Source: Prasinococcaceae sp. CCMP 1430
Taxonomy: Eukaryota; Plantae; Prasinodermophyta
Reading direction: 5' to 3'
Assembly (NCBI GenBank): GCA_013416795.1
Contig: RQSC01000650.1
Coordinates: 1-8,512 of the forward strand
Length of the DNA: 8,512 nucleotides
Shown: positions 6,893 through 8,512 of the stretch, piece by piece
Numbering within the stretch: position 1 is the first letter of the stretch
Layout: each line of letters begins with the position of its first letter
The notes under the pieces: generated by a model
The model's input: the letters and a program-made list of their open reading frames with translations, nothing else
Databases searched by the model: none
Told to the model about the DNA's origin: nothing
Program-made: the position numbers and the translations under genes

Positions 6893-8026
6893 CTATGAGC
6901 GGCCCCTGGTGTTGCTGGCGGGTTCGGGGCTGATGGCGTGATACGACGTCGGCGGCGGGTCCTGCGAGGGGAGGAGGGCGCCGTAGCGAGCGCTCTCGGC
7001 CTCGGCGCGGCGGCGGCGCGTCACTGTGATGCCCACAACGATCAGCGCGGCAAGGAGCACGAGGCCAATGATCAGGGTGAAAAGGACCCAGTCGAAGGCC
7101 TTGCCGCCCTCGCCCTCGTCGGTGATTTTGCACATCATCGTCGTCGTGGTCGTCGCGTTCGAGGCGTTGGCCTCCTTGGTGACGACAGTGTGGTTGACGC
7201 ACGCACCGAGCTTTCCGAACGGCGCGACGCTCCAGGCACCCTCGCTCGACCAGGCGGAAGGCCCGGTGAAGTTCATGGTGACGCCCACAGGCGAGCATTT
7301 GCCTGCCTCGAAATGGAAAGACAGGTTGGCGATCCGGGTCTGCGCGTCGCACTGTGCGGTCGGGTACACGTCGGCACTGCCGGCCCACACGGTGGTCGAG
7401 TTGCTCTCGTTGCCGTGCGGCTTGGTAGTCTGTTCCGTCACGTTCACCAGCACCCAGTGGGTGTGCCCGGTGGCGTTCTCCTTCTTGGAGGCAGGCGCGC
7501 TCACCTTGAAGCACACGTCGTTTGGCACGGCAGATAGCTCGGGCTTGCTCCAGAACTTGCGCGCTGCCGCGGTGGCGTTGGTGGCGTTGCCGCACACGCG
7601 CGTGGCGAGCGCCTTGATCATGCCACTCGCCGTGCACTCGTACTCGCCAGGCACGGTTGCGTTGGTCGTCGCGTTGCGCTTGGGCGACGCCACGTAGAGC
7701 GCCAGGAGGCTGGCGCCGCTCTCGTTGGCCTTGGGCGCGCCCTCCAGGGCGTCGTTGGTCACCTTGACCGCCAGGTGGTTCGGGTGGCTGCCGAAGCCGT
7801 CAAAGCTCACGTTGAGTCCGCGCTCGACGTGGCGCAGCGGCACGCAGCCGGCGAAGGCGCCGAGCTCGGCGCCAGAGTGGGCGTCATCGTCGGAGGCCGA
7901 GCATTCGGTCACATTGGGCAGGTAGCCGCGGCACTCGACGCGCTTGTCGGCGAGGGCGTGCTCGCCCCCCGCGAGCAACAAGGACGCCACCGCGGCGAGC
8001 AAGATTTGCAAGAACCGTGCCGCCAT
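6893..8026 (-). CDS. Uncharacterised type I single-pass membrane glycoprotein, 377 aa
   Basis: ATG at 8026. Signal peptide MAARFLQILLAAVASLLLAGGEHALA. The ectodomain has 10 Cys and 16 N-x-S/T sequons. TM helix WVLFTLIIGLVLLAALIVVGITV (7022-7090) is followed by an RRRR stop-transfer, and the short tail has YGAL and YHAI. TAG at 6893-6895. Confidence 0.9.
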   Translation of the reverse strand: MAARFLQILLAAVASLLLAGGEHALADKRVECRGYLPNVTECSASDDDAHSGAELGAFAGCVPLRHVERGLNVSFDGFGSHPNHLAVKVTNDALEGAPKANESGASLLALYVASPKRNATTNATVPGEYECTASGMIKALATRVCGNATNATAAARKFWSKPELSAVPNDVCFKVSAPASKKENATGHTHWVLVNVTEQTTKPHGNESNSTTVWAGSADVYPTAQCDAQTRIANLSFHFEAGKCSPVGVTMNFTGPSAWSSEGAWSVAPFGKLGACVNHTVVTKEANASNATTTTTMMCKITDEGEGGKAFDWVLFTLIIGLVLLAALIVVGITVTRRRRAEAESARYGALLPSQDPPPTSYHAISPEPASNTRGRS

Positions 8027-8192
8027 GGCCACGATCAGGGAGGGTTGCGTGCGCGGCTGGCGTGCGGGTCGCGCGCGGGATGGCGCCGCCGACGACACCG
8101 CCGCCCCGTGTTGGCAGGCGGGCCTGCGCCCGCGCGAGGCTGCGTCGCGCCGGCTGGAGGCGCGAAGCCGGCGCGCTTCCGCGCGCCCCCCG

Positions 8193-8371
8193 CCGCGAAA
8201 AGCGCGCGGAGGGGCCTCCCCGAACTCGCCGCCCTCCCGCAGAAATCGGCGGCCTGGGTGGGTTCCGGACGACCTTGCCTTTGTTTGGTTTGCTCTTTTT
8301 TTTTTGGGCGCCGGCCGGTGCGTTGTGTTTTCGCGCGCGCGCCGACCGCGCGCTGCTGCCTCTTTTCGCGC
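8193..8371. promoter_or_regulatory. Cluster of E2F-consensus-like sites upstream of the minus-strand gene / possible divergent promoter
   Basis: TTTCGCGG on the minus strand (8193-8200) and TTTCGCGC at 8329-8336 and 8364-8371, matching TTTSSCGS. Confidence 0.3.
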
Positions 8372-8512
8372 CTCTCGCGCGCGCCCGGAGGTCCACGCAA
8401 CTGCTGTTGTGTCTTGGCGCCGTGCGCGCTTGCGCTGCGGGGGGCCTTGCAGCGTCGCTCGCGAACGCGTTCGCGCGCGATGTGCGCCGGCGAGCGGCGC
8501 GCGACCTCGACG

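Noticed and set aside
8258-8305. GGTTCC plus T10 as a Pol III gene B-box and terminator
   Set aside because: No proper A/B boxes or tRNA cloverleaf.
8460-8475. 16-bp perfect palindrome CGCGAACGCGTTCGCG
   Set aside because: Single copy built mostly from CG dinucleotides in CG-rich DNA; no flanking element structure.

Overview
Very GC-rich (roughly 70% by eye), gene-dense eukaryotic nuclear DNA with apparently intronless genes. It is most likely a green alga (inference from TGTAA motifs after two stops and plant-like homologues). It contains: (1) a complete alpha/beta-hydrolase gene (224-1123, +); (2) an isolated ~74-codon internal fragment of 40S ribosomal protein S3 (1305-1526, +) ending at the window's only N, probably an assembly misjoin; (3) a ~5-kb ORF (1526-6550, +, 5' end uncertain) whose N-terminal half and last residues resemble the RNA polymerase I factor TAF1C/Rrn6 but which carries an internal homeodomain (atypical WFHHSR helix), long coiled coils and a Cys/His cluster; (4) a convergent orphan type I membrane glycoprotein gene (6893-8026, -) with 16 N-glycosylation sequons and two YxxPhi tail motifs; (5) a promoter/intron-like region at the right end with E2F-like sites. 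The TAF1C-like/homeodomain architecture is the most interesting element. All family assignments rest on motifs recognised from memory, not database searches.
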